From: Burkholderiaceae bacterium
GTDB lineage: Bacteria > Pseudomonadota > Gammaproteobacteria > Burkholderiales > Burkholderiaceae_E
Assembly: GCA_050187175.1 (NCBI GenBank)
Contig: JBFWXS010000002.1
Coordinates: forward strand, 7,602 to 71,601
Direction of reading: 5' to 3'
Length of the DNA stretch: 64,000 nucleotides
Part shown: piece by piece, positions 63,914 to 64,000 of the stretch
Layout of the letters: each line of letters begins with the position of its first letter
Position numbering within the stretch: the stretch's first letter is position 1
Notes under the pieces: generated by a model
Databases searched by the model: none
Seen by the model: only the letters and a program-made list of their open reading frames with translations
Told to the model about the DNA's origin: nothing
Position numbers and translations under genes: made by a program

Positions 63914-64000
63914 ATGGCGATGCGGCCACAGAGCGAGCTCGTCGTCGGCATCGAGGTCGGCGGTACCTTCACCGACCTGCTGCTCGTCGATGGATCCCGG
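63914..64000 (+). CDS. Hydantoinase/oxoprolinase family protein, N-terminus; runs off the right edge
   Basis: Manual translation MAMRPQSELVVGIEVGGTFTDLLLVDGSR; G-I-(D/E)-V-GGTFTD is the HyuA/oxoprolinase N-terminal motif. Confidence 0.8.
   Translation, partial: MAMRPQSELVVGIEVGGTFTDLLLVDGSR

Overview
High-GC, Burkholderiales-like (inferred from the Bug/TctC expansion) accessory catabolic region of about 62 CDS. It has ten orphan Bug/TctC solute-binding proteins with no TctA/TctB, four FAD-dependent aromatic monooxygenases, four amidohydrolase-superfamily enzymes, several CoA-dependent modules including an itaconate/C5-dicarboxylate-like cluster, and nine local regulators (AraC, TetR, 4 LysR, IclR, 2 GntR). 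I found no rRNA, tRNA, CRISPR, transposase or integrase. The most unusual locus is 1-9657. An AraC gene sits between two promoters of matching architecture that drive (i) a hydrolase plus LLM monooxygenase operon and (ii) a VOC-torD-dmsA-like-dmsB-ferredoxin reductase-bug operon. Its DMSO-reductase-family molybdoenzyme has no twin-arginine signal, lacks one FS0 cysteine, and has an NAD(P)H ferredoxin reductase where the DmsC membrane anchor normally sits, which suggests a soluble cytoplasmic NAD(P)H-linked Mo-enzyme system. Also notable are a 375-bp non-coding element with perfect 101-bp terminal inverted repeats and nested hairpins (39810-40184), a 5'-truncated vapC at a probable island junction, and a cytoplasmic Yellow/MRJP-like protein inside a catabolic operon. 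Family assignments come from motif recognition only; no database searches were run.
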